From the IMG/VR virus record IMGVR_UViG_3300027896_000010, positions 64,001 through 128,000 of that record: a stretch of 64,000 bases of DNA; one strand, 5' to 3'. The stretch comes from a virus. The notes beneath the pieces are model-generated. The model searched no databases. It was not told the DNA's origin and saw only the letters and a program-made list of their open reading frames with translations. Of the stretch, positions 28,384 through 40,861 are shown one piece after another. A program made the translations under genes and the position numbers. Each line of letters opens with the position of its first letter. Position 1 is the first letter of the stretch.

Positions 28384-28807
28384 AAAGAGTATGTAACCAG
28401 CTACCCCGCCTCAATGTTGCTGTCCAAGTCTCACCACATTTCTCACAAGTCATCCCCGATTTCTGTCCAGCCTTTTCTATTCGAGCATAAATTATCCTGT
28501 ACCAGCTATCAGAGAAATCCGTATCTTCATTGTGATAGTTTATGCTAATATAAAAACAAAGTCGCCCAAACTTCTCCTTCACCTGCACAGCGATAATCTC
28601 TATGCCAGTTGCTTTCTGGATAGCATCGAGGTCTTGGCATAATTCATCTACTAGGGTATACCAACCCGCCTGAATGTCAAATCCCCAACACATCAGCGTC
28701 TTGGTTTTGTCTGCACGGCGGTCTCGGAATATATCTGGATATTTCTCTACTATATAGCTATCAAACTCTTCCTTGTCCATTAGGGGCTTCTCTGCCGTGT
28801 CTGTCAT
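28316..28807 (-). CDS. Conserved phage hypothetical protein
   Basis: QVKEKFGRLCFY...TCEKCG...TLCDEH. Confidence 0.6.
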   Translation of the reverse strand: MTDTAEKPLMDKEEFDSYIVEKYPDIFRDRRADKTKTLMCWGFDIQAGWYTLVDELCQDLDAIQKATGIEIIAVQVKEKFGRLCFYISINYHNEDTDFSDSWYRIIYARIEKAGQKSGMTCEKCGETWTATLRRGSWLHTLCDEHAEGRPAFDKEEATGCEMS

Positions 28808-29374
28808 TTCATGGTTCCTTTCTTCCTCTCCTGTATTAACACTATAGACATCGATAAGCTATTTCTCCTCTTCGCCCTTCTCTACCTTCTTTGCTTAGCC
28901 ACTTTATCAATTTCTTTCTCCGACCTCAGCCTTGACCTGAGCCATAACCGCCTTGGTTATCGTCGGCAGTTGACCCTTGGCATAATCCGTCAATATCTCA
29001 TAGTTATCGGCAACCCTCTTTCGATAATCTTTATGCCAGAGCATCACTAGCGTAGGTGGTATCTGCCATCCTATTTCGTCAAGAAAGAAGCTAGTCAATA
29101 CCAAGTGAGCGGCACCTCCAGCACCATACTCTCTTACCATCTTTCCACCGATGATAAAATTGAGCTTGGTACTATTATTCTCTTCGGCTGGGATTTCAAT
29201 ATGGTGGCAGTATTTCCAGCGTTCTAAGTCCTTGAAGAAGACCACCAAATCACCACCGTTCCAGTCAGCAACATGCTTCTTTTTATGGGAAGCTTCGACA
29301 GTTGCCATCATGGAATGCTTGGTTTTCTTTTGGGGCTGACTATGCTTCTTCATCTGTTTGAAGACTTCCATACC

Positions 29375-29743
29375 TTAATCCTCATCGAATGGAAGTTCCC
29401 ACCATCCACGCTCCACCATAACAGCTATTATACCATAGTTGCTCAAATCCTGCCATGTATCAATAACTGTTTCAGCCACTTGCGCTTCCCTTCCTTCCCA
29501 CACCAGACGCTTGAGCCTGTTCACCTTGTCCCAAACCCGAACGAAAATACCCTTAACGCCAAGGGATAATATGTTATCAGGGCCATAATCATTATGCTTA
29601 TGAATCATCAGAGTACGAAGCTCTCCCATAACGATATCAAGTGCGTCTGCCCATGTCTGGGGCAAGTCGCCCTCAATCGGTGGACGTTGATAAGACGCAT
29701 CAATAGCATACTGTCTCAATTCCTCGCCAGTCGTCTTCTCCAT
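29375..29743 (-). CDS. DUF1599 / nucleotide modification associated domain 1 protein
   Basis: KHNDYG...VRVWDKVNRL...ETVIDTWQDLSNYGII. Confidence 0.75.
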   Translation of the reverse strand: MEKTTGEELRQYAIDASYQRPPIEGDLPQTWADALDIVMGELRTLMIHKHNDYGPDNILSLGVKGIFVRVWDKVNRLKRLVWEGREAQVAETVIDTWQDLSNYGIIAVMVERGWWELPFDED

Positions 29744-30629
29744 ACTATAGCTCCTTCGTTATGGGACTATATAAGTAATCCTATGGTCTTCTACCTGAAC
29801 AACCACTGGAACGTTTGCTCGGATATCTCCATGGGCTACCTCTACTGACGGAGCAATCCTTACAGATACACCTACCACTTGAGCCAATAAGAATAGTACA
29901 ATAATCGCCTTCATTCTGCCCCCCCAAGCTTCTGTTCTTATCTCCCTATCGCAATTAAGCGTAATAGTAAATAATCAATGCCAAGACTAAAAACAGGACT
30001 GTAAATCCTGCCACTACCCACATCATTGTTTAGCCTTGACCTTACGGGCTTCCATCAACTGATTCATGAAGCCATTTATGTCGTCCATACAGCCCCTTGA
30101 GTATATACCTTGATTGGTCGGGAAGTAACAATACTGCCGCCATGGCCCGTACCACTTTATGATACCAAGATGGTTTCCAAGATTGTTGTTACGGCACTGC
30201 CAGATGGTCGTCTTGCCAGTGTCCGACACCTGCTCAAAGCTGATGTACTCATACTTGGTCTTCATCGTAACTTCCATTCCATATCAGGTTCATATGAAGA
30301 ACACTCTAGCCAGCTTGCCTCATGCCAATAAGCACAATAATTTTTAGGGCAATTCGGTGTTGTATCCAAATCCACAAACCACCGACAAGGACGGGGCTTC
30401 GCGCAGAGATACATTTCGAGATTCTCCACCACATGCTTGAGTGCTGGAGCGTGGGGGCAGGAATCAGGGCCGACAAACCATTCCTTCGTGACGGTTGGCA
30501 ACAGCGGGTGGATGCCCAGTCCGGTTTCATACTTCCACAGTTCTTGTCCCGTCAGAGGGCAGTACCAGAACTTGCCACCTATCCCACGTTCGCCCTTGGA
30601 ATGACTAATCGGGCATTCATCGCATACGT

Positions 30630-30665
30630 TCATGGCTTCCTCCCGGTGCCGTGGCAGGTGGGACA
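30630..30665 (+). repeat. Junction repeat copy (TCATGGCTTCCTCCCGGTGCC...GGTGGGACA)
   Basis: Identical 21-mer at 39067-39087, one mismatch at 39184-39204, partial copies at 40027, 42290, 42557 and 44031. Confidence 0.8.
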
Positions 30666-31169
30666 GGGGACTCTTACTGTCTTCTCCATCCCCCTGACCA
30701 TCTGTAGGGTTAGTCGCTCCTTCCTCCCGCCGCAGTCGGGGCAAAGTTTCCTATTAGGATAAATCTTATAAACTTCTTCCTTCCCTCCTTGTTCCCAAGT
30801 GTGCGTGACCTTCGCCCCTGCCAGCACCGCCTCGATGATGGCGAGGGCTTCGTCAGGGTAAATCTTTTCTTGTAGCTGATTCTCTATCGCTTCCTGCTTT
30901 GCCATTCGTCTTTCAAGAGCCTCTTTCTCGCTAATTTTTTCCACCGCCTGAATTGCTGTCCCATTGTAAGAAGACATTTGGAGCCTATTATTATTAAGTT
31001 TCCACTGCTGTTCTGCAAATGAATCTGCTGGATGAACTATCACTGTAACTCCATAAAGAGTACAATTTTCAAGAACCCCATCCCTCCCTAAATCAATTAT
31101 CCCCATTCCGTTCTTCATAGCCAGCTTCTTCATTAGGTAGTTCCTGAATGCGAACATAACTTTCTTCAT
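30630..31169 (-). CDS. IIEAVL-family protein with C-terminal CxxCxGxG zinc finger
   Basis: EALAIIEAVLAG...CPDCGG...CPTCHGTGRKP. Confidence 0.65.
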   Translation of the reverse strand: MKKVMFAFRNYLMKKLAMKNGMGIIDLGRDGVLENCTLYGVTVIVHPADSFAEQQWKLNNNRLQMSSYNGTAIQAVEKISEKEALERRMAKQEAIENQLQEKIYPDEALAIIEAVLAGAKVTHTWEQGGKEEVYKIYPNRKLCPDCGGRKERLTLQMVRGMEKTVRVPCPTCHGTGRKP

Positions 31170-31449
31170 GCTTACTCCCTCGTCTCCAGTGTGGGCAAAA
31201 CCAGTCTAGTTCTTCATATTCTTCCATCTCTTTACACCAATTGAATCCACTATCAGGGTCAGGCTCAGGGTCGAGATGCTCACAATGATTGCAATCAAAC
31301 TCCCCCAAAATCATAGCATTGATTATAATACAATCATCAGAAGCAAGCTGACAACTATCTTTGGCGTCTATCCTGCAAGCCGTCCAAATCTCGGGGCCGT
31401 CTAGCCGCCTTCTTCCGAAAGTACACCCTTCACACTTATCCATTATTTT

Positions 31450-31980
31450 TCACACTTGTCCATGCCCCAGCCAATAGACTTCGGGCTTTAAATCTTCAGG
31501 TATAGAAGTATGTACCAAAATTGTTTCGGCTTGTATCACATAAAGATAGGCTCCAGTCTTTCGACTATGGAAAAACGTATCCATGATTTCAAATTTTTCT
31601 GCTGTGACAGGGTGCATATGTACAACTTCAATGACATACAGAGGGGTTCCCTTATGAAAAATCACTATATCAGGAATAAATAGAACTTTCCCCCTGTCAT
31701 AATTCTCCATAATTCCAAATTCGCCTGTTCTGGTCAGACCACCTGAATCTTCAAAATAAAATACATCACTAGATTCATAAAATGGTATTTCCATATATAC
31801 GCCCCAATTCTTTCTCCAACCAAAATTGGCGAAGTGGCAATCATCATTAGAATTATTTTCGGTTTCTACAAGCCACCCATAAAGCAATTCCTTTGCCAAT
31901 TTATGTTTATAACTTTCTGTATCGTCGGTGAATGGACTCTTTGCAAATTGGCGGCAAGCATCAACCTCCCTGTAACCCAT
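31450..31980 (-). CDS. PD-(D/E)xK nuclease, CoiA-like
   Basis: ESYKHKLAKELLYGWL...FIPDIVI...VIEVVHMH. Confidence 0.6.
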   Translation of the reverse strand: MGYREVDACRQFAKSPFTDDTESYKHKLAKELLYGWLVETENNSNDDCHFANFGWRKNWGVYMEIPFYESSDVFYFEDSGGLTRTGEFGIMENYDRGKVLFIPDIVIFHKGTPLYVIEVVHMHPVTAEKFEIMDTFFHSRKTGAYLYVIQAETILVHTSIPEDLKPEVYWLGHGQV

Positions 31981-33634
31981 TATTTCTCCAAAACAGATTC
32001 CAAAAAAGCCAGTTCTTTAAGTATGTCTTCTAGGTTCCTAGCCATCTTCAACAACTCTGCGTTGGTTATTCCCTGCTGGGCTAGGGGCATGGATTGAACC
32101 TTCTTAGTCAACTCCGCATACCTTGCTTCAAATGACGATGAGCAATTTAAATCAAGACTTATGCCAGCCCCACACTTGTCATCAGCATCCCAATAATCAA
32201 ACAGACAATTTTCACATTTCATCCCCATGCCTATGCCCCCTTACAGAGATATCATATTCGTCTTCGTCTGTCTTTCTTTCCATATGCTCTTCGGCCAGTA
32301 CATCAGAAAGAACCTGAATCATATCAGCAACATTATTGCTCATGCGAAACAATTCTTCTCTGACTGACCTCAACCCATTGATAGCAAAAGCGATTAGCTG
32401 GTCATCCATTCTCTTTCTCCTGCTCTATCTTGCGAAGACAATGCTTGCACACCTCTCTTGGATGGTAATTCATTTTCGCTCCCCAGTCCTTGGGGAGTCT
32501 TTTGCCACAGGCTGATATCATCACATGGTCAAAACTGACGGCTCCCCAAGAAGTCGTGTTAATCTCATGAGCCATATCGACCACTATGTGAGCTACGGTT
32601 CTGGCGTTCCACTTGCCATCATAACCATATACTAAATCCATCATTTCCCCTTAGGGGTTAACCCGAACAGACTCTTGATAGGATGGGCTTTTCTCCATGC
32701 CGTCTCTGCATCCCTTGCAATCCTATGCATCTCCATCAACTCGGCTCCAGAACAGATGTTACAGCATCGCCGTGTGCGTAGTTCTATCTCTGTTTCTCTG
32801 CCACATTCGGGACATACCTCGATATAACAGAGAGTTGTACCAGCAGGAATCTTTTCCATCAAACCCTCCCAGAACCATGACAATCAGGACAAGTCTTAGC
32901 AAATAGCACAGGGTCAGTTGCCCACTCAAATTGAGCGGGAACCACAATCCCTGTCGCTTGGCTCACCGTTACTGGCCCTTCCTTATGGTGTTCATTGCCC
33001 ATCTCAAGTAGGCCAATGATGAACATCCCAAGTACCAACAATGCTATTATTACAAATATCGTACATTTGATTCCTAATATTATGAATTTAGTCATTAACT
33101 TTTCCTAATTCCCTTAATAATAACAACTGCACCCGATTCTACATCGGCATCGCTTAGAAGACCAGCTTGCTTATAGGCATTAAACTCGGCTTGATTTACT
33201 ACAAACACTGACGGTAGACAACCCCCCTCTAGCCAGCCCATATCAATCATCTTCGGACTCCTCAGCAAGATTACGGATATTCACCATATCCTTGATTTGA
33301 CCATGTTCATCAAGAGAGACCAGATATGCCTCATTGGTCAGCATCAAAGAACCCTCTCCCCTAGACCATCGCTGAAGCGTGTCAAGGTCTTTCTCGCTGG
33401 TCTCTGGCAGGGCTTTGAGAATAGTAGAAAAAGGACAGGATTCAGGAATCTCGCCAATCAAGACTCCACCCAGAATATTTTTATCAGTCCTTGCGCTTTC
33501 TTGATATTCTTCATGCCAAAGCTTGAACCCACACCCGTCGAGTTCACCCTCATACCCTAGACTAATAAGCGCGGGACAGCGATAATCATCGCCAAGCATA
33601 TTGCAATCCTGTTTCTCTTTGCGCTCCCATACGC

Positions 33635-34045
33635 TCATGCCTTCACCTTCCCAGAGCCATGACAGGTGGGGCAATCAACATCATAGAACTTGCCGCCCAA
33701 ATGCTCATTATCAAACTTGCCCGTCCCTTTACAGGCGGGGCAAACTTTGGCATCAGCCATCAAGAAGTCTCCAGCTTGCTTCCTCCCAGAACTATGACAG
33801 ACAGGGCAGGATTCATATCCGTTCTGCCAGTCTTCACATTCAGGCAATCCCATCCCGCCAACGGGTTCTTTCCCCGTCCCTTCACACCGGGAGCAGATAT
33901 CTTCGCCGTGCAACCCATCAGGAATCATGCCATCGCCATCACACGTAGGATACGGTGGGTTGGCTCGTTCTTTTTTATATTGATGCCAACTTCGCGTCCT
34001 GCCCCGATAGCCACTCATTTCTGTTCCCCTGCCCCTCCACACCAA
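33635..34045 (-). CDS. Protein with six CxxCxGxG-like (DnaJ-type) zinc motifs
   Basis: TCDGDG, CSRCEGTG, CPVCHSSG, CPACKGTG and CPTCHGSG. Confidence 0.6.
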   Translation of the reverse strand: MVWRGRGTEMSGYRGRTRSWHQYKKERANPPYPTCDGDGMIPDGLHGEDICSRCEGTGKEPVGGMGLPECEDWQNGYESCPVCHSSGRKQAGDFLMADAKVCPACKGTGKFDNEHLGGKFYDVDCPTCHGSGKVKA

Positions 34046-34449
34046 TCACAGGTTCGTTCTTTTCTGTTGTCGCCTGTCATTGGGAATAGCTTCCCTGTCC
34101 CACCACATCTAGAGCATTTAGTCGGGCTGGTTGGTGGGGTCAGAGTCATGCCCAAGCTACCAGTTCCTTTACACTCCTCACAAATAATAGAATGCATCTT
34201 CCCTTTGACATCCCCCGATTCTTTACAACGTTCTTCCTCATAAGGAACCAGTATACGTCTGCGTATCTCGGCTATGCACTCCCCCAATTCACCTAAATAA
34301 TTCTTGTAATTATTATAGCTGGGATGCACATACCTCTTGCACAGGGCGAACAGGACATAATTCAGGTCGCCGTCCATTGCGAGAGCATCTCCCAACTGGT
34401 CAATGATATCGTCTAGCTCTGCCCTGCGCTCTTGTCTTATGTATGGCAC
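34015..34449 (-). CDS. DUF6899-like helical phage domain fused to CxxCxGxG zinc repeats
   Basis: MPYIRQERR...GDLNY...YNNYKNYLGELGECIAEIRRRILVPYEE, then CEECKGTG, CSRCGGTG and CDWCGGAG. Confidence 0.55.
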   Translation of the reverse strand: MPYIRQERRAELDDIIDQLGDALAMDGDLNYVLFALCKRYVHPSYNNYKNYLGELGECIAEIRRRILVPYEEERCKESGDVKGKMHSIICEECKGTGSLGMTLTPPTSPTKCSRCGGTGKLFPMTGDNRKERTCDWCGGAGEQK

Positions 34450-35525
34450 TATTCATCCCCCCACAACGTCTGCCTATCATGTTCTTATTTCTTTGCCAAG
34501 CCCAACCGCCAGAACCACAATAATGAAAAGGGAAATTAACCCAGCAGGAGTGAACCCCAATATCATCCACCAGCGGAAATCTTTTTTGTGCTGTAGCCTG
34601 TCTGCCGTGTATACCGTAGGCCACAGAACAACAGTAAAAAATACCAGTATGATAAGTATTACCAGCAAGCCAACGAGAAAATCCTTAAGATGTTGCTTCA
34701 TTATCTTCCTGCTCTTCTTTAAAGCTCAATCCCAACTCCTGTAGTTCTAGAGCAGAAGTCTGCATCAAAGAGCCAGCGATATCCCACAACCAATCCGACA
34801 GTTCCTCTAAGCCAGCTTCCCCAGCATGTCTGGCCCAGAGCGCAACCTGCTCAGCCCTATCTCGTGGTTTCTGCCCTGCGATAATCCTCGCTAGCAAGGC
34901 CTTATAGTTAGGCCACGGTTCTGTTCTCATGGATTATCTTCCTTCTCGCTATCAGCTAAAACATCAGACAGAACAGAAATCATGTCAGCAACATAATCAG
35001 CCAAGCGAGTGAGTTCAGTTCTTGTTGACCTAAGCCCATTGATAGCGAACATAATTAAATCATCCTTGTCGCTCATTTGGCTTCCTTTTCTATCTTGGTC
35101 ATACCAAGTATCGTACAATCGCCTAGCAAACAGAACTCGTGGTCTACACCCTTACTGTCACGCACCATCATGGAGATTCCAGCAATAGCCAACCTTTTCC
35201 CACAAAATGCACACCTACGGTCTCCAAAGTATTCTCTATTTTTCCGGGCTAGCGTTTCAGACCATTCTTTTTCAAACATCGCTAGCTCTTCAAGAAAAGC
35301 CTCTTCCATTATATCCTTACTTCCTTCCTCATCTTATCTATGGCTTCTTGGTGATGCCTTTCATACAAACCCTGACCGACAGCGACACCGAAAGCTAGTA
35401 TACAACCTAGTAATAGTAACGTTCCCATCCTCATCATCTCCTTTCAAAAAGAATAGGGGCTGGTAGGGGTTACTTGCTGAGTGTGACAGAACCCGAAGCT
35501 CGTCTAGTTACCAGCCCCCATTATT

Positions 35526-36002
35526 TTATGGATATTTGTAGCCGTTGTCCTGCAAGTACTGTTCTCTATCGCTGTTACTATATCCCTCGTCATACAACTG
35601 CTGACTCTTACGTATGTAATCACCTCGTTGCTGCTCTTTCCTGTTTTCTACAGCCTGTTCACGAGTAGGTGGAGTGTAGTTCCTGAGAGCATTATTAACG
35701 GCGTCATCGGTGTAATCGGGGCCGTTGCTATCAGTGGAACTCCCGGGAGAATAGGTGACGCCATTGCGGAAACTAGTGGAACTTGCACCATCAGAATCCC
35801 TATTGTGGTTAGACACGAAAATAAACGCCAGAACAAATACCAAACCAAGGAGCAAGCTCACAATCCCAACTAGAGCCAGAACCATAGTCCTATTACTCCT
35901 CATCCTAACTGTAGCCTGATTCATCTTTGCTTGTATCTCTTCGGTTCTCTGGGTAGCTAGGCCAGAGTATTCCTCGTAACCCTTTCCCTTATCTAAGTCC
36001 AT
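35526..36002 (-). CDS. Single-pass membrane protein with Ser/Thr-rich linker
   Basis: Hydrophobic VLALVGIVSLLLGLVFVLAFIFV followed by a low-complexity segment. Confidence 0.6.
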   Translation of the reverse strand: MDLDKGKGYEEYSGLATQRTEEIQAKMNQATVRMRSNRTMVLALVGIVSLLLGLVFVLAFIFVSNHNRDSDGASSTSFRNGVTYSPGSSTDSNGPDYTDDAVNNALRNYTPPTREQAVENRKEQQRGDYIRKSQQLYDEGYSNSDREQYLQDNGYKYP

Positions 36003-37594
36003 TGTGGCTCCTTCCCCTCGTCCTCATCCTCGTCCATGTCAAAAACAATCTCGACTTCCTGCCCCCTGAGGATGCCTAACATAAACAAGCACTCTCGGAA
36101 GCTCAACGTGCCATCTCTCCAATCTATCCATGCATCTGTAATATTTCGCCAGTGTATGTCTCTAAACCTTCCCATTTTCAATATTCCCTTTCAACTAGCG
36201 CCAAAACAGCATGCACAAACTGACCTGCTATGGCTTCTGCTTCCCGCCCAGTCATTGTTGTCTCGATTCTGGGCTTCTCTCTTTTATCGGCTGTATCGTC
36301 AAGCACCTCTAGTGGCGAGACGAACGAAATTATAACTTCATCATCATAAATAGAGACTACTGGATAGGGGCTGAGCTTGTCAGTTTTGATATCATAATCA
36401 AACTTCTTCCTGTTCTTCGTCGTTACACCCGATACTCTCATCATTCCTCCTATTCCTTTTCATTCCAGTTCTTTATTTCATTTCGACTTCTCTGGCGGGA
36501 CTCCTTTGCAGTTACTCGTCTACCAAACTTACCAGTAGTCATATGAATCCAACCATTCGTTTTAATATGACCCATACCTGAGCTTTTGGCTGGGATTTTG
36601 CCTTCGCCATTCAATACAGGAATCTTACTCATGCCTTCGCTTCCTTTGCGTCTTTGCCTTACTCTTCGAGGAGTTGCTCTCCCTTTTATGGCAAGACACT
36701 CAGGGCACGTAACTGGAAGTCTAGTCTCTTCCCAACTCTCAACCAACCATCCTGTAAAAACTCTCTTATCTGGTTGGCAAACTAGATAGCCAAAACTTGC
36801 GCTTTTGTATGCCGAAGTTGCCCAATGTACCACATTATCTTCAAGACATTTAACTCTCATAATCTAATCCTTAGTTACTTCTTAATGAACTAACGATGCA
36901 TATTATTGAAATATGTTTCAATATCTTGCATCGTTAATATCCTAACTTCACAACTCTATTTATAAGCAAAAATAATTCCTTCCAACATTTCTTACATAAA
37001 GTAATTGAATGAAAGCCTTCCCCTTCTATCCAATATAAAACCTTATTTTTCCCACACTCGTCACAATTACCTTTTTCTCTTTGCCTAAACTCCCAAGCCA
37101 TTTCCATCCTCCGTCCGTTTCCCCCTTGACTCGTCTGATTCGAGCGTCAGATATCGGACTGCACTCAAATTAACAAAATGGACGAGGTCTTTGTTTTCAC
37201 ACACAATCATGATGGGGATATCCAGCATTATTTCAGCGTCAATGCTTTCCCATTGTACTACCGTATCATCCAGATATTCCACATGTACAAACATTACTTT
37301 CTCCTGTCCATCCAATCTTCAAGGAACCCTATCGCCACGATAGCTATCATAAAGCCAATAATTATCCCTGTTATCAACATATACCAAGGAGCCATTATTT
37401 CTAATCCTTTACTTGCCTAGTGTACTTCTTTCTGTATTTCTTACAATCAACCTTCTCCTGAGGCCAACCATTTGCAAGCTGTCCCTTCAAGCACCCATAT
37501 ATCATACCACCAGTATTGAAGTGGTTATACTGGCACTCTCCGCAAACAGATGGATTTCGTGTATCGCTCTTCCCCATCGGATACGCCCCCTGCT

Positions 37595-38143
37595 TCATGG
37601 TTCCTCTTCCACTTGTATGGGTGCTACTGAAAAGAGCGTCCGTTTTGCTCCATCCTCCCGCTCCAAATAGCGAATATTACTTCCATCATCCTTGCTATAT
37701 GGATTATCAAGATAGCCATTTTTAAGGTAAAAATCTGTAGGGTCACCTGATGTAACATCAGTTTTAACTCTTATCACATCTGGCTTCAAGTAGGCCAAAA
37801 GTGTGCGACCTATTCCTTGCCCACGATAGTCTGGGTGGACGAAGAGATTGATAAGCGTGTTGTTGACCCAACTAACTATTATAAGGCCCACAATCTCTCT
37901 CCCAGATTCCGCAATCCACACTTTCATCGGCTTACGCTCCGCACGGTCTGGAGCTTGACCAGTTATCACACGCCACAATTGCTGATTAGTGGTAAAGTAG
38001 TCACGGCGATAATGGGTATCCAAAAGTTCTCTGATATTCTCGAAGTCAATATCGAGTGCTGGTCTGATGATTATGAATCCACCAGCTATTGATTCCATTA
38101 CGCCCCCTTGTCTAGTATGGGTTTTGGATTGCATGCTGGGCAT
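37595..38143 (-). CDS. GNAT N-acetyltransferase
   Basis: LINLFVHPDYRGQGIGRTLL acetyl-CoA motif; FYLKNGY. Confidence 0.85.
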   Translation of the reverse strand: MPSMQSKTHTRQGGVMESIAGGFIIIRPALDIDFENIRELLDTHYRRDYFTTNQQLWRVITGQAPDRAERKPMKVWIAESGREIVGLIIVSWVNNTLINLFVHPDYRGQGIGRTLLAYLKPDVIRVKTDVTSGDPTDFYLKNGYLDNPYSKDDGSNIRYLEREDGAKRTLFSVAPIQVEEEP

Positions 38144-39183
38144 CGCTCTCTGTCGTAACCATGCATGATATATCCCTTCCTTGCTCCTCCCCTACATAGA
38201 GGACAAAAAACATCCAGCTTTACTATTTCTTCTTCACAGAAGAACCTTTCTTCTATGCAATCCTCCTTCAATGCCAACTCTATGGTATCGAGAGCAAGCT
38301 CAGGTATCATCGCCCCATAAAGCATACGATTTACTATGGAGTCTATCCTGTCACCGTATTCCATCACTTATCACCTGCTTTTTTGGCACCGATATGATAC
38401 TTAATGATATGGTTGTTCTTGCTCCAAATGGTAATGTCTCCGTTAACTCCTGTTGACCACGCTTGCTCTCCCAAGGATTCATCAGAACGAATGGTATATT
38501 CTCTTCCATTAATCAACCCTCTCACATAAAACGTTTTGTTATCTGCTCTTGGATAGGTGATATTAGTTATATGATAGGTATAAGCTCCATCAGAAATGTG
38601 TGGGCCTATATGACCCTTGTTGATAAGGCACCCCTGAACGCAATAGGTAGCCCCACACATTAGTCCAGCACCTACAGCTATTACTACCACAACACAAACA
38701 GCTATCACCAACATAGCGAAAAGAACGTTCAACACATCTTCCCTAAATTCTCTCATTTTTCCTCCTTCTTGGATTCCCACTTATTCCATTTTCTGCACCG
38801 CAAACACATCTCGGATTTACTAGCTGGTAAATCGAACTTGCAGTTGTAGCAGTCCTTCTTTTGCGCCACCAGCACCAACTCTGGATTCTCGACCACGGCT
38901 TTGAGTGCGGCGGCGTGAGGGCAGGAGTCGGGTGGCAAGTTTTTAGTGAAATGCAACCCGCAAAATACTTCCAAATCGTCATATTTGTCGCCTCTTTTTA
39001 GACACGGGCAGTCGGGATAATCCATCGGCCACAATTCGGGATGTCTCCCATCGTTCTCACACACGCTCATGGCTTCCTCCCGGTGCCTACCAGTGACATA
39101 TCAAACTTTCTAATCCCACAAAGCCAATAGAATGATAAGAACGCCAAATACCCAAATCGCTATCAATACTTCCGTTTGTGTTG

Positions 39184-39495
39184 TCATGGCTTCCTTCCGG
39201 TGCCTTTGCAGGTGGGACATTTCTTTTCGCTCATGTGGGATGCGGGCCAGTAATGTCCTCGATATGCAATGGTTCCCTCGCCACCGCACTTTTCGCAGGG
39301 ATTTTCCTTCTTTACCCACACTTCATAAATCATCACGCCACCGTCATGCTTCAACTCGAAGTGTTGGTCTTCTAGCACAGCCTCGATGATGGAGAGGTCT
39401 TCGTCCTTGAGCATACTGTTGGCAATCGCAATACCAAGTTCTTCGCGGTGAATCTGCCTTTGCAATATCTCGCTCATCGGCACCTTCTCGGTCAT
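39184..39495 (-). CDS. IIEAVL-family zinc-finger protein
   Basis: LSIIEAVLED...CEKCGGEG...CPTCKGTGRKP. Confidence 0.65.
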   Translation of the reverse strand: MTEKVPMSEILQRQIHREELGIAIANSMLKDEDLSIIEAVLEDQHFELKHDGGVMIYEVWVKKENPCEKCGGEGTIAYRGHYWPASHMSEKKCPTCKGTGRKP

Positions 39496-40153
39496 TCTTC
39501 GGCCTCCTCAACCTCGTAATCCTCGCACCATTTATCGATGACAGATTGGGCTAGTTCTTCGGCGCAGGAGAGGCAGATGATGGAACCATATTGAAAATAT
39601 GCTGTTCGTATCCATTCGCCATGTCCGTGGCACCAATGCTTTCCCTCTTCTTCATTCTCATGGTATGTCCAAGTCATCGTTATGCCTCCCATATATCTTG
39701 AATAATAATACCAGACTCGCTCTCGGCTATCAGTTCCTTGCAGATAGAAAACCTATCATCCAGCCAAGCTTCCTTCCCCTCGTCTGCCGCATGCTCTGAT
39801 GCTATCATCCTCGCTTCTTTCTCGTCTTTCGCCCTTACGACTACTGTGAAACACTTGTCATACCACGGTAGCCATGGGTTTATCTTAAGATTCGCCTCAT
39901 CTTGTTCTTGTTCCTTCTTCAAGACCTTCCAGAATACCTCTTTCGTCTCTCCCTGTTTATAGATATCTGCAAAAGAATCAAACTGTACATCGGGCAAATC
40001 TTTCTGTGGCTCAAGTATCCAGAGTTTCATGCTTCCTCCCTAGTTCTTTGCAACAAATGATACACCACTTAGAATCAAGCGTATCAATATGATACCCTAA
40101 CGAACAGCATATGAACTTACGCCACCAGAACCAGAATCTACCTCCTCGCCATA

Positions 40154-40861
40154 TCATACATCTTCTTCCTTCGACTTAAAATTCTCACACGCCTTCATCT
40201 TCCCGGGGAACCAGTCAGGAGCATTATTGTTCTTTTTTATTCTGGTGCTATTCCAACAGGCTACATAAGACCTATTATCATCATTGATGGTCAATAATGA
40301 ATTGGCACAATCCCCACACGTATACTCCCACCAGTCATGCAAATTAACATCTTTTTTGATATCTTCTAGCTCTTCCTCACAATAAAGACCATCCTTGCTG
40401 AAGACATCATTCGCTATTTTTGATTCTTTCTTGCTGGCAAGCTTGCCCATATCATCATAGAACTGGTCATAGTCTCCATTCCAGTATCTCTCCAAATACT
40501 GGTCATATACGGCCTCAATATCAGCAGGTGAATAATTAAACTCCTCTGCCTTAATTGGCAAATCCAGACCGTGTTCGTACTCGATGCCCCAGACCTTCTT
40601 TTCGATACGCCCTTGGTCAAGGATTAATTTATCATAATGGGTTTGTAGCTCTTGTATCTTCTTGTGCGTCTCGGCACTCCATTCGTCTATCACCTGCCGG
40701 TCCTCTTCTAGAGAGAATATGCGTCTCTCTATTGTGACTGCATAAGACGCCAGTGTATGAGATATCAAATGAACTACCCTCTTCTGCATGAACTTCGGCA
40801 TCCACCCAAGCTTATTCTGTGCCTTTATCATTTCGCTCTCCCTCCGATTGCCATTTTTCAT
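40154..40861 (-). CDS. Hypothetical protein with coiled-coil and C-terminal Cys cluster
   Basis: TCGDCAN...ACW...ACENF. Confidence 0.55.
   Translation of the reverse strand: MKNGNRRESEMIKAQNKLGWMPKFMQKRVVHLISHTLASYAVTIERRIFSLEEDRQVIDEWSAETHKKIQELQTHYDKLILDQGRIEKKVWGIEYEHGLDLPIKAEEFNYSPADIEAVYDQYLERYWNGDYDQFYDDMGKLASKKESKIANDVFSKDGLYCEEELEDIKKDVNLHDWWEYTCGDCANSLLTINDDNRSYVACWNSTRIKKNNNAPDWFPGKMKACENFKSKEEDV

Noticed and set aside
33635-34449. DnaJ chaperone
   Set aside because: Only CxxCxGxG repeats; no J-domain HPD motif.
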